Assembly: GCA_964016885.1 (NCBI GenBank)
Contig: OZ024743.1
Coordinates: 242,854,001-242,918,000, forward strand
Direction: 5' to 3'
Length of the DNA stretch: 64,000 nucleotides
Origin: Eledone cirrhosa
Taxonomy: Eukaryota
The translations under genes and the position numbers were made by a program. Shown one piece after another: positions 13,549 through 26,118 of this stretch. Within the stretch, counting starts at the first letter, position 1, and each line of letters starts with the position of its first letter. The notes below the pieces were generated by a model. The model made no database searches. It was not told the origin of the DNA and saw only the letters and a list, made by a program, of their open reading frames with translations.

Positions 13549-14107
13549 ATCATATATATATATTATATCACATATATATATGTGTGTGTGTGTTACAGTT
13601 CACATGTACATAGGTTTTGTTTGCTTCCTATGAGGTTGCCTATCATAGAAGGTTCTCTTGGATGTTTTAATGATAGCATTCCTACTCCAACCATGCACAG
13701 CAATGAGAAATGTAGTGTCTTGCTCAAGAACACAATGTCCTGCCCAGTCCAGGAATTGAACCTATGACCTTATGATTTGAGACCAACACCCTAACCTCTA
13801 GGCCACACACCTTCACAAAAAGAAGAATAAAATATATATTATTGATATGAGTAATGATTCATCTAGTTTACACAGCTTTTGTAAAACAAAAACAAGAACA
13901 ACTAAAAGTTAGCATTGAAATCAATGGAAAGAAAGTAAAAACTTAAATATAAGCAAAAATGCCAGCATGAAAAGATAGATGAAAAAAAACATCAAAGAGA
14001 GAGGAGAGATACATCACTGATATATAGGAGATCAAAAATATATAAATATATATATAAATACAAATAAATATAGAAATAAATAAAAATAACTAAATAAGAC
14101 GAAGACC

Positions 14108-14545
14108 ACACATACACACACACACACAGACACACAGAGACACATACAGACACACACACATACACAGACATATGCACAGATACACACACACACACACAGA
14201 TGCACAGACACACACACACACACACACATGCACATACACACACATACACAGACACACACACATGCACAGACACAGACACACTCACACACACAGACACGCA
14301 CAGACACATACATAGACACACACACACACGCAGACACAGACACACATACACAAACACACACGCACAGACACATACACAGACACATACACACACAGACACA
14401 TACACGCACAGACAGATACACACACATACACAGACACGCACAGACAGATACACACACATACACACACACGCACAAACAGATACACACGTGAGAAGATAAA
14501 CATATACACACACATGCAAACACACACAGACATACACATACAAAA
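14108..14545. repeat. Compound (CA)n microsatellite
   Basis: Directly visible. Confidence 0.95.
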
Positions 14546-14683
14546 ACAACAAATTGTGAAATGCTGAGAAGTAAAAAAAAATGAAAAACAAAAGACAAAA
14601 TAAGGATAAAAGTGTGGGGGGGGGGGGGGTAAAGGACTGAGATTGTTTTGAAAGTATATGTGAATAATAATAATAATAATAAT

Positions 14684-16872
14684 GATGATTTCTTTATTGG
14701 CCACAAGGGCTGACATCAAGAAAAACATTACAGACGGCACAGGACGGTACGATGTGGGTTTTGTGCATGTAAAGATTTTTATTATTTATATAAGAAACGA
14801 AAAAGAAAAAAGACATAGAAACATATATATATATAAACAATAAAAATGAAAATTCAAACAATGAAACATTCCCCAATAGGGCAAAAAACCACACAAAAGA
14901 CCACGTCCACCCTGACCACCAGGACAAGCGGCCTTTCTCAATTTTTTCCCATTCCTCAAACTACAAGCATATATTCAGAGCGGTCCCGTTCACTCGGACC
15001 ATTCTCACTACATTCACCCACCTTTCAACAAACTTGCTAGAAGACAGCACTTGCCTCTCCACCCTGATTTTCCTCTTCAAGTGAAACTTGAAAAAGTTAA
15101 TCAGGGATTCGCCGAAGAGGAAAGTGTCTGTCTTTAACCCTTTCAACCTTGTCCACCACACAATCTCTTTCGCCATGGCCACCAGGCAGATGAAAACCGC
15201 CTGACCTTCCTCCTCGAAGGAAGACGGCGAAACCATCTGCACAATGGACTCAGTTGATAACCGGATCAATCCTACACGCGACAGCAACTGTTCGACATAG
15301 CTCCACAAGTCAGCAATGCTCGGGCACTGAACGAGTGCATGCATGACGATTTCGTCGCTCTGCGCACATCTCGGACAGGCTCGGCTGACGGCATTTCCAT
15401 GCCTGTAGAGCTTATCTCGAACTGGAAAAGCTCCCCGGTAGCACTGCCAGGCCAGGGATTTCTGGAAGTTATCCATAGACCCTGGGCTGAAAGTTCTCCG
15501 GAAGAGAGCAAACAGCTGATTTTCTTCGACGCCCAGGATCTCTCCGAGAACGTCGTCGCTCTTCCCCTCCACTAGTCCTCTATAGAATGCCGAGGTGCAT
15601 GTTCCACCGATACTGGTGCCCAGCTGGCAGAGGGCAGTGAGCGCCTGAGGACATTCCAGTTTCCAAGAGCTATCCCTCGGTCTTTTCCTGACCCAGGACT
15701 GCAGTTCCGTCAAGGAGACAAGCTGTGGGAAAACGTGCCTGGCGAACCGCGACCACACCTGTTCACCGTCAAGGAAGCACCAGAGATGTCGCAGTCTCAG
15801 CGCATGTTTGCGCATCATCAGCCATGACATGCCCAGTCCTCCACGCAACGGGTGTTGACAGCAGATGGATCGTCTGACCATGGGTTCGCATCCCTTCCAC
15901 AAAAAGCGGAAGAGGAGGCGCTCCATTTTGGTGAGAGTTGGGCCAGGGCAAGGGACGACAGTGAGGCGATAGCAGATGACGGACGCGATGTACGCATTCG
16001 CCACCTCCGCCCGCCTTTCAGGGACAGCTTCCTCTCGGCCCATTTCTGGGTGAGGGAGGCCACCCTGCTCGTCACCTCGCTCCAGTTTTTTCTCCATCTG
16101 GAGGTCCGGTCCGAACCAGACTCCGAGCAATTTAACCACTCTGTCCTTCCAACGCCCCACGACGCTGTTGGACTGCATGGACTTGCCTCTCCAGGTGCCG
16201 AGCTGCAAGCCCACTGACTTTTCCTGGTTTATCTTTGCTCCTGTCACAGCTTCGTATTCCTGGAGAGCGGTGACAAGCATCTGGACGTGTCTGGTGCTCG
16301 ACATCACCACGGTGACGTCGTCGGCATAAGCCGACTCGGATTTCCTGCATCCTAGTTCGCATGGGACACCCCTCATCGCCCCCAGTTTATGAAGTAATGG
16401 CTCGAGAGCCAATACGAACAAGAGGGACGAGAGAGGACAACCCTGGCGGACCGAGCGCATGATGCTGAATGGCTGCGACAGGTGACCGTTCACCCTCACA
16501 ACTGAGCAGATGTCGCTGTACATCGCAGCGATCCAACCCCTGAAAACGGGCCCACAACCGGCTGCCTCGAGGACCGACGCCAGGTACTGATGGTCGACCC
16601 TATCGAATGCTTTGGATTGATCCAAGTTGATCAGGGCCCCACCCTTGTCAGGTTCCTTAACCACCCTCTCTTCGATGTATCGCATTAGGTGGAGGTTGTC
16701 GTGGATGGATCTGTCCGGAATAGCGCATGTCTGCGCCTCTCCCATCAGAACACCGACAACAAGCGCCAACCTCGTTGCTAAACCTTGGCTAAAATCTTGA
16801 ACTCTGCGTTTAGCAGAGTTATGGGCCTGAAGTTATCAATAACATCCTCCTTGTTCAGGTCTTTTCTCAGCA
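14684..16872 (-). mobile_element. 5'-truncated Tx1/L1-clade LINE
   Basis: GC-rich island with RT ORF, 3' UTR and (ATT)n tail; begins at FRPITLLNAEFKILAK. Confidence 0.93.
14961..16769 (-). pseudogene. LINE ORF2 reverse transcriptase and C-terminal zinc knuckle (truncated, frameshifted)
   Basis: NLDQSKAFDRV, SVRQGCPLS, AYADDVTV, LLGVWF, CPRC..DE..MHALVQC; no APE domain; frameshift near 16783 and a compensating pair at ~16010-16090. Confidence 0.92.
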
Positions 16873-16935
16873 ATAATAATAATAATAATGATAATTATTA
16901 TTATTATTACCATTATTATTATTATTATTATTATT

Positions 16936-17085
16936 ACGGCCCTTGCCATTCTGAGTTCAAATCCCGCCTAGGTTAACTTTGCCTTTCATCCTTACGGGGT
17001 CGATAAAATAAAGTACCAGTAATGCACTGGGAAAATTGCTGGCCTTGTGCCAAAAGTAGAAACAATTATTATTATTATTATTAAT
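16936..17085 (+). mobile_element. 5'-truncated SINE family A
   Basis: B box, core and (ATT)n tail on the plus strand. Confidence 0.85.
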
Positions 17086-17267
17086 AATAATAGTAAAGTT
17101 AATATATAAAGATTTTTACAATGTTTAGACAACAAATTGATAAAAATAGGAAATCTGCTAACAAAAAGATATAACAATTTAAAATTCAAGGAGACGTTAA
17201 GGAGGTAGAAAATAAAAACAAAGAAAAACTAATCTAAACAACAACAAAAACGAAAGCAACAAACATT

Positions 17268-17532
17268 TTAACCCCTTTGTTAAATTTGTAAGGAAATACA
17301 TAGCCTATTGTTTTGAGATATTTTTAAATCATGAAAAATTTGAAGGAATTTACACAAACATAGTTTCACTTTCTCATTATTAAGGTGACGTTTGGAACAT
17401 GATTTAACAAAGGGTCCTGCATAAAATCATGTTGGAAGGTATTAATTTAGATATAAACGCTTTAAAAGAAGGAGTTTTGTATAATAGAATCAGGGGACAG
17501 TTTCAGGTGAGTTCATTTCAAAAATGATTTAA
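17268..17532. mobile_element. Old TTAA-CCC-terminated MITE (related to the 48-bp satellite at 43800-48400)
   Basis: Starts TTAACCCCTTTGTTA...GGAAATACATAGCCTA; similar to 48340-48500; its other end resembles the reverse complement of 49818-49920. Confidence 0.5.
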
Positions 17533-17943
17533 GGCAATTTTCCCTGCTAAAGCAGGGGTTAGCCCTGCAAACCACATAAAAAGCTTCTCTACTGTGTGCA
17601 TCTCCATACTCTTACCCTCATCTTTAGCCATGTCTTTTTTGGTTTTCCTCTTCTGCTACTTCTTTCCGTATTCATTTCCATCACTCCTCTCACTTTCATC
17701 CTTCCTCAACACATGACCTAACCATCTCACTTCATTCCTCTTCACAACATTCATCACTGGCTCTATTCTCATCCTTCATTGTTCTTCAACACATGACCTA
17801 ACCATCACATTCCATTTCTCTTCACAACATTCATCATCAGCTGTATTCCGCTCACCTAGTTATGTGTATTGAATGTATTTTATCATAGCACCAGCACTAC
17901 TGCTTTGTAGGACATACAGGGTGCACTTCATTGTGGCACCAGC

Positions 17944-17980
<37 letters not shown>

Positions 17981-18544
17981 ATAACCAAAGATTAATATAG
18001 TTCATTGATTACTCAATGATATAGTTTTACAATAGATTAAAAGCACTCTACAAAGAAGTTTTCTGGAGTTATTAAAACTGCCAATACTGGAATTGAACCA
18101 TCAAGACCTTTGAGGTATGTCATACATCAATTCATGTATTTTATCTGACGAGGATGTACTGAAAAAACAGCACAGTACCTTCGAAATATATATAATAAAA
18201 CATATTTTGATTATGTGAATGTCTTCATTTATTAATATTCTGAATAATATATATTTATATATATATATATAATATATGTGTGTGTGCGTGTGTGTGTGTG
18301 CGTGTGTGTGTGTAGTAATATCAAATCCGTAGGGCAAGTTTTAATATAATTATTAAGGTCAGTTACTACAACGGAGCCATACCAGGAGTGTACATTTCAT
18401 TGGCCTAAAGGAACAACTTTTTCAATCTGTGCCTATGAAAGGGATCCTACATATATAATATACAGGTAATATACAGGTGTGGGTACAAATGCAAATACAC
18501 ACATGAATGTATGTGTATGTGCATCATCATCATCGTCATAATTT

Positions 18545-20152
18545 TTACATCCATTTTTCCACACTTACATGGGTTTGACAGGTCCTTCTCAGCACGGCAT
18601 CATTCCACTCATCACGTTCCTGTCATCTCCTCTGTGAGTCTCAGTGACTTGAGGTCAGCTCTCACCACCTCTACCCAGGTCTTTCTAGGTCTACCGCTAC
18701 TGTAGCTTCCTTCCACTGGCATTTCTTCACCCAACAATCACTGTACATGTGCATCACATGTCTATACCAACACAGTCTTCTCTCCTGCACACCACGTGGA
18801 TTCCTCTTAAACCCAGCTTCTCCCTTAACTCATCCAAGCTCTGCCTTCTCTCACACTTATATTACACATCCAACAAAGCATGGCTGCTTCATTTCTCTCC
18901 AGTCTACACATGTCCTCTATAGTCACAGCTCATGTTTCACAACAATGCAGCATCGCACTTCACAAACAGACATCATATAGATGTCCTTTTGTTGTCAACA
19001 GTGAGAGTAGTTTTCTAAATTTCTTCCATCCTATCCTTATTCTAGCTCTTATGCTCTCGGAGCACCCTCCTCTGTTGCTAATTATGTTGCCTAGATAGCA
19101 GAAGCTATCAACCACTTCTTTGGGTCCTTCCTGTGACTGGAATAGGTTTGCATCACAGGCTTTCTTCCCCTCAGTTACTCCTGTGCATCTTCTACATACA
19201 AAGACTTCCCTTCCTGTTAGTCTGCCTGTTATCCCACTACATCTCTTGTGTACCCAAGTGTACATCATATGGATTTTATGCCTACTCCCTTTCTACATAT
19301 TGAGCAGAGTCACTTCCCTGAAGGAATCAGGGCCCTATATTCTCTCGTACTTACTAGCACTTTAGTTTTGGCTAAGTTTACTCTCAGACATTTTGTTTCA
19401 AAATTCTGTTTCCATACTTGGAACTTATTTTCTAGTCCTTTAATGGATTCGGATATAAGGACCAGATTATCTGCATAGAGAAGTTCCTATGGGCAGCAGT
19501 CTTAAACTCCTCTATTATAGCCTGGAGAACTATAATGAATAGGAGTGACATAAGGACCGAAACTTGATGAACTCCTACTTGTACCTTGAATTCCTCATTA
19601 ACCTCACTTCCTACTCTCACTTTACTGACAGCTCCTCTCACAAGCCATTCTTCTACACCTAATTTCTTTAAGGACCACCAGATAATAGATTGAAGTACTC
19701 TGTCAAACGCTTTTTCTAGATCAAAGAAAGCTAGGTATAATGGCTTATTTTCGGCTAGGAACTTCTCTTGTAGTTGCCTCACTAAAATGAGAGCATCTGT
19801 ACTACATTTCCCAGGCATGAAACCAAACTGCATCTCATCTAATTTGACTCTTTCTCTAATTACTTGCACTATAACTCTTTCCATCACTTTCATAATTTGG
19901 TCATTTGTTATATTCATCAGCTGTATTGAGGTTACTTTCTAGGGCATCACCTTTGCCTTTGTAACAATTTAGGATTATACTGCTGCACCAGTTTGACTCA
20001 TACTTCTCATGATGCCTTTAGCATCTCAACAACTATCTCTGATGGTCATGCAGCTTTGCCATTTTTCATCTTCTTTAACCCTATATCTGCCAACTTCAAT
20101 GACTGGTCCTTCTGTTGGATAGGTTGTGGGTAGTTTCTCTTCCTCCCATTTA
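18545..20152 (-). mobile_element. Degenerate RTE-clade LINE (RT region to 3' end)
   Basis: QFGFMPGKCSTDALILVRQLQEKF..LAFFDLEKAFDRV (19432-19917); WVHKRCSG, VDSFCYLG, ARIRIGWKKF (18960-19268); (GAT)n tail. Confidence 0.9.
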
Positions 20153-20189
20153 TTCTGTGTGTGTATGTTTATGTATATATCTATATGTG

Positions 20190-20543
20190 GAGGCACGTGG
20201 CTTAGTGGTTAGAGCATTGGCCTTGCAATCAAAAGGTTGTGAGTTCAATTCTCAGACCGAGTGATGTGTTGTTTCCTTAAAGACACTTTATTTTCACATT
20301 GCTCCAGTTTACTCAGCTGTAGAAATGAGATGATAGGGACTGGGGTCCATATCATTCCACTGCAAAGTGGCCGTGGAGGTGCCACGGCAAAAAAGCACCC
20401 AGCACTCACTGTAAATGAGGTTGGTGTTAGGAAGCGCATCCAGCTGTAGGAATCAAGCCAGAATCAGTTCCCGTCCCACCCTTGCAAGCAGGGAAAAAGC
20501 GGACGTAAAATGACGGTGATGATGATGATGATGATGATGATGA
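20190..20543 (+). mobile_element. SINE family B, full length
   Basis: Near-identical to 12550-12892. Confidence 0.85.
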
Positions 20544-20557
20544 TATATATATATATA

Positions 20558-20726
20558 CCGTATTTCCCGTCATCAAAGACGCTACTTTTATCCTAAAATA
20601 AGTCTCAAAAATCTGCCATGCATCCTGGAGGCCAAAGGTTGTTTACTATTTTTTTTTTCAAATTTTTGGTTGTCAGAATTAGGGTGCGTCCTTGAGGACA
20701 AAGTGTCTTCGGCACCGGGAAATACA

Positions 20727-20776
<50 letters not shown>

Positions 20777-20860
20777 TGTATTTCTCGGTGCCGAAGACAC
20801 TTTGTCCTCAAGGACGCACCCTAATTCTGACAACCAAAAATTTGAAAAAAAAATAGTAAA
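20558..20860. mobile_element. pogo/Tc2-like MITE (20558-20728) followed by (TA)n and an inverted copy of its right ~85 bp
   Basis: Ends CCGTATTTCCCG / CGGGAAATACAG within TA; 20642-20728 is the reverse complement of 20776-20860. Confidence 0.7.
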
Positions 20861-21207
20861 GGTGTGGATACATATATATATTCACACACACAGATGAACA
20901 CAACAAACATATTATGCTTAAGAGATTGTATGGATATGTATTAAGGTAACAGACTTACCTATTTACATATGCACACATATATATATATATGTGTATATGT
21001 GCACACATATACATATATATATATATGTATATGTGCACACATATGCACATATATATATATATGTATATGTGCACACATATATATATATATGTATATGTGC
21101 ACACATATACAAGTCAAATAACTGTGTGTGAGAGAGGGGGGGGGGGGTACAGCTGCTGTAATAAAAAGATGTATTATTGTTTTCATTGTCAAAAAATATC
21201 AAATGTT

Positions 21208-22250
21208 GTGCCACCACTGACGACACCTTTGGAGACATCAAGGGTGGCACCATTGGCGGCACCACTGACGACACCTTTGGAGACATCAAGGGTGGCACCA
21301 TTGGCGGCACCACTGACGACACCTTTGGAGACATCAAGGGTGGCACCATTGGTGGCACCACTGACGACACCTTTGGAGACATCAAGGGTGGCACCATTGG
21401 CGGCACCACTGACGACACCTTTGGAGACATCAAGGGTGGCACCATTGGCGGCACCACTGACGACACCTTTGGAGACATCAAGGGTGGCACCATTGGCGGC
21501 ACCACTGACGACACCTTTGGAGACATCAAGGGTGGCACCATTGGTGGCACCACTGACGACACCTTTGGAGACATCAAGGGCGGCTCCATTGGCGGCACCA
21601 CTGACGACACCTTTGGAGACATCAAGGGCGGCACCATTGGCGGCACCACTGACGACACCTTTGGAGACATCAAGGGTGGCACCATTGGCGGCACCACTGA
21701 CGACACCTTTGGAGACATCAAGGGCGGCACCATTGGCGGCACCACTGACGACACCTTTGGAGACATCAAGGGTGGCACCATTGGCGGCACCACTGACGAC
21801 ACCTTTGGAGACATCAAGGGTGGCACCATTGGCGGCACCACTGACGACACCTTTGGAGACATCAAGGGTGGCACCATTGGCGGCACCACTGACGACACCT
21901 TTGGAGACATCAAGGGCGGCACCATTGGTGGCTCAATTGGCGGCACCACTGATGACACCTTTGGAGGCATCAAGGGCGGCACCATTGGACGACACCTTTG
22001 GAGACATCAAGGGCAGGACTTTTGGCGGCACCACTGGAGCCACCACTGACGACACCTTTGGAGACATCAAGGGCGGCACCATTGGTGGCTCAATTGGCGG
22101 CACCACTGATGACACCTTTGGAGGCATCAAGGGCGGCACCATTGGACGACACCTTTGGAGACATCAAGGGCAGGACTTTTGGCGGCACCACTGGAGCCAC
22201 CACTGACGACACCTTTGGAGACATCAAGGGTGGCACCATTGGCGGCACCG
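21208..22250. repeat. GC-rich 48-bp minisatellite (~15 regular copies) plus a 157-bp higher-order duplication
   Basis: Unit GGCGGCACCACTGACGACACCTTTGGAGACATCAAGGGTGGCACCATT. Confidence 0.95.
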
Positions 22251-22452
22251 ATCACTAGAATTGATTTACGTAATGAGGAAGTGTTTACTAACAGAGAGAG
22301 AATGAGAGAGATGGATGGATCGACAAATGACAGATTGTAGAGATAGAATAGAGAGGTTGATAGAGTTGGATTGCAGAGAGAGAGAGAGAAAGAGAGAGAA
22401 AGAGAGAGAAAGAGAGAGAAAGAGAAACTAGCGAGTAATTATATATTTATAT

Positions 22453-23230
22453 ATATATAAAAGGAGATTAATATCCCCACAGGTACTAAGTACCCCTGGA
22501 AATATATAGGGTGTCTATGATACAGTTGTTCCATGGTATTAATTTGACATACCAGAACTATAAAATTGAGATAAGCGGAGCTTATATAATTTAATATATT
22601 TTAAATAATATATAATTTAAATATAATTTAAATATTTACCTATTCCAATTGCTTTTACCGACAGTTTCACCTTACAAAAGATTGGAGATCCTAGAGACCT
22701 CCAAAAATTTGTTTGAATCTTACTTGCTCCGCTTATCTCAATTTTATAGTTCTGGTATGTCAAATTAATACCATAGAACAACTGTACCATAGACGCCCTA
22801 TATATTTCCAGGCGTACTTAGTACTTAGTACCTCTGGGGATATTGATCTCCTTTTATATATTCTCTGTTATGTAGAGAACAAATCCGTTGTTTTATTTAG
22901 CTGCTATGTTTAGTGGCGTGATAGACAACACGTCTATCTTTACTTCCTGCTTCTACTAAGGGTTGGTCCATGCATAGGTCAAGTTTACGGCCTCATTCGA
23001 TCCTGTGCTAGCTGGCAGGTGGCAATATATTTTGCCGCTCCTGGGACTTTTGTCCCAGGTAAGGAAAATGCTCTCTGATGATCCGAACATTTCCATTGGA
23101 GGTCCCTAGGATCTCCAATCTTTTGTAAGGTGAAACCGTCGGTAAAAGCAAATGGAATAAATCTTTAAATTATATTTTTTTTTTATTTAAAAAAATTGTT
23201 TGAATCTTACTTGCTCCGCTTATCTCAATT
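22453..23230 (+). mobile_element. Non-coding Penelope-type terminal-repeat (pLTR) structure: inverted copy plus partial tandem copy
   Basis: 22453-22581 is inverted relative to 22726-22860; 22641-22703 is inverted relative to 23097-23159; 22704-22743 is repeated directly at 23192-23230; TA-flanked; carries an HHR. Confidence 0.7.
23069..23150 (+). ncRNA. Type I hammerhead ribozyme (predicted)
   Basis: tgctct-CTGATGA-[stem II with ATTGGAG/CTCCAAT hairpin]-GAAA-CC-gtc-GG-TA-aaagca; GUA cleavage triplet; stem I has 5 of 6 pairs. Confidence 0.7.
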
Positions 23231-23249
23231 ATATATATATATATATATA

Positions 23250-23695
23250 GGAGTAGTGTGTAGTGAGAGGAAGAGAGAGATGAGAGATGAGAGAGTAGTG
23301 TGTAGTGAGAGGAAGAGAGAGATGAGAGATGAGAGAGTAGTGTGTAGTGAGAGGAAGAGAGAGATGAGAGATGAGAGAGTAGTGTGTAGTGAGAGGAAGA
23401 GAGAGATGAGAGATGAGAGAGTAGTGTGTAGTGAGAGGAAGAGAGAGATGAGAGATGAGAGAGTAGTGTGTAGTGAGAGGAAGAGAGAGATGAGAGATGA
23501 GAGAGTAGTGTGTAGTGAGAGGAAGAGAGAGATGAGAGATGAGAGAGTAGTGTGTAGTGAGAGGAAGAGAGAGATGAGAGATGAGAGAGTAGTGTGTAGT
23601 GAGAGGAAGAGAGAGAGAGATGAGGAGAGAGAGAGAGAGAGAGATGAGAAGAGAGAGTAGTGTGTAGTGAGAGGAAGAGAGAGAGAGAGAGAGAT

Positions 23696-23739
<44 letters not shown>

Positions 23740-23764
23740 GAAGAGAGAGTAGTGTGTAGTGAGA

Positions 23765-23799
<35 letters not shown>

Positions 23800-24019
23800 G
23801 TGTAGTGAGAGAAAGAGAGAGAGAGAGAGATGAGAGAGTAGTGTGTAGTGAGAGGAAGAGAGAGAGAGAGAGAGAGAGAGAGAAGTGTGTAGTGAGAGAA
23901 AGAGAGAGAGATGAGAGAGTAGTGTGTAGTGAGAGAAAGCGAGAGAGAGAAATAGAGAGAAGTGTGTAGTGAGAGGAAGAGAGAGAGAGAGAGAGATGAG
24001 AGAGTAGTGTGTAGTGAGA

Positions 24020-24072
<53 letters not shown>

Positions 24073-24625
24073 GTGTAGTAAGAGGAAGAGGGAGAGAAGA
24101 GAGAGTAGTGTGTAGTGAGAGGAAGAGGGAGAGAGAGAGATGAGAGAGAAGTGTGTAGTGAGAGAAAGAGAGAGAGAGAGAGATGAGAGAGAAGTGTGTA
24201 GTGAGAGAAAGAGAGAGAGAGAGAGATGAGAGAGTAGTGTGTAGTGAGAGAAAGAGAGAGAGAGAGAGATGAGAGAGAAGTGTGTAGTGAGAGAAAGAGA
24301 GAGAGAGAGGTGAGAGAGTAGTGTGTAGTGAGAGGAAGAGAGAGAGAGAAATAGAGAGAAGTGTGTAGTGAGAGGAAGAGAGAGAGAGAGAGAGTAGTGT
24401 GTAGTAAGAGGAAGAGGGAGAGAAGAGAGAGTAGTGTGTAGTGAGAGGAAGAGGGAGAGAGAGAGATGAGAGAGTAGTGTCTAGTGAGAGGAAGAGAGAG
24501 AGAGAAAGAGAGAGAAGTGTGTACTGAGAGGAAGAGAGAGAGAGAGAGATGAGAGAGTAGTGTGTAGTAAGAGGAAGAGGGAGAGAAGAGAGAGTAGTGT
24601 GTAGTGAGAGGAAGAGGGAGATAGA
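23250..24625. repeat. 42-bp GA-rich tandem repeat decaying into (GA)n variants
   Basis: Unit GAGTAGTGTGTAGTGAGAGGAAGAGAGAGATGAGAGATGAGA. Confidence 0.93.
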
Positions 24626-24759
24626 GAAAAAAACAGTAATGAGTAGAGAGAGAGAGAAACTAGTTAGAAATAGGTAGGAGATTGTTCAAGGCCAGAGTCA
24701 AGTGTACTATAGCTAGCAGGAACTAATACATACTCACTATAATCACTACAGTAGTGTGC

Positions 24760-24907
24760 ACATTATAGAGTTACGGCCCTTTATGGTAGAAGTTCAAATC
24801 CAGCCGAGGTTAACTTTGCCTTTCATCTTTACAGGGTTGATAAAATAAAGTACCAGTAATGTACTAAGATAATTGCTGGCCTTGTGCCAAAAGTAGAAAC
24901 AATTATT
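24760..24907 (+). mobile_element. SINE family A (partial)
   Basis: B box, core and tail. Confidence 0.8.
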
Positions 24908-25166
24908 TAGTTAGCTCCAATCACTTATACATATCATTTTATATATATATAAATATCATTTTATATATATATATATATATGCATTAATATCAAGGGTGGT
25001 GCCCCAGCATGGCCTCAGCGGATGGCTGGAACAGATAAAAGAATGAAAGAATATGTGTATATATATATGTGTGTGTGTGTGTGAGAATCCTGGGTTCAAT
25101 CGGGGGCAACCACAGTAAGTAAGGTACACATTAGTGGAGTGTAAGCATCATGTTTAGTATAGAATT

Positions 25167-25218
25167 GGCTTCTACAGGACTAGAACTGTTTCATTCAAAA
25201 GAAATCATCAGGGAAGCC
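25167..25218 (-). ncRNA. Minimal hammerhead ribozyme (predicted) in a pLTR-like inverted repeat (25150-25292)
   Basis: Minus: ggcttc-c-CTGATGA-tTTCttttGAAt-GAAA-CAG-ttctagtc-CTG-TA-gaagcc; the plus-strand arm has a mutated core (CTGCTGA). Confidence 0.7.
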
Positions 25219-25290
25219 CGATGTATATGCCTGCTGATTTCTTTTGAATGAAACAGTTCTAGTCCTGTAGAAGCCATTTCTATATTAAAC

Positions 25291-25322
<32 letters not shown>

Positions 25323-25326
<4 letters not shown>

Positions 25327-25403
25327 GGATGTCCCAAAAATATTTATAGATATTTCAACAGCATTCTAATCAAGGTGTATACATTTTTGGGAGACACCTT
25401 GTA
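25323..25403. mobile_element. Short Tc1/mariner-type MITE
   Basis: CAGGATGTCCCAAAAA ... TTTTTGGGAGACACCTTG-TA; related copy at ~58400-58504. Confidence 0.55.
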
Positions 25404-25434
25404 TATATATATATATATATATATAATATATGAT

Positions 25435-25672
25435 AAAATTTGCTCCGGACATAACACCCGTGTCTGAAAGAACCCGCAGAAGTAGAATCAGCCAGATCCA
25501 TACAAGGACCATGACTCGAGCTACATGCCGGCAAAACATTTGTAACACGAAATAAACCAAGTCCAGATGCATCACTGATTTTTCGTTTTCTTGATTATAT
25601 CTACACTCTACTCTGATGAATATCGAGTGCTAATTTTGGCATACCGCCTACGGAAACACCATAGCTACCACT
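25435..25672 (+). mobile_element. Solo pLTR-like repeat with degenerate HHR (family of 60020-61045)
   Basis: cgtgt-CTGAAAGA-...-AAAA-C-attt-G-TA-acacg at 25459-25549; downstream CAGATGCATCACTGATTTTTCGTTTT and GGCATACCGCCTA are shared with the 60-kb locus. Confidence 0.6.
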
Positions 25673-25674
25673 AT

Positions 25675-25813
<139 letters not shown>

Positions 25814-26052
25814 CATACACACTCATATGTGTTTTCAACAATGAAAACTGAACAAATGGGGAAGATAGGTTTTTAATTAGTTCATTGTATTACCATCGTT
25901 TCAGAGGGGTGACCCATTATGAAAAATCGATATATTGACAAATCAATAGTGGTTATGCCACCATATATTACTAGTTTTGATATTTCACATCTATCTCGTC
26001 ACTCTGGTGGTTTTTGTTCCCCTATGATAGAACACAGATCTCTATGTGAACT

Positions 26053-26118
<66 letters not shown>

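Noticed and set aside
18036-18114. Plus-strand exon candidate (AG|...|GTATGT)
   Set aside because: Stops in all three frames and no other support
23196-23660. 154-aa ORF with ERVVCSERKREMRD repeats
   Set aside because: Translation of a 42-bp GA-rich tandem repeat that decays into (GA)n
25875-25912. Minus-strand GAAA-C-gatg-G-TA half-hammerhead
   Set aside because: No CTGANGA core or stem I partner found upstream
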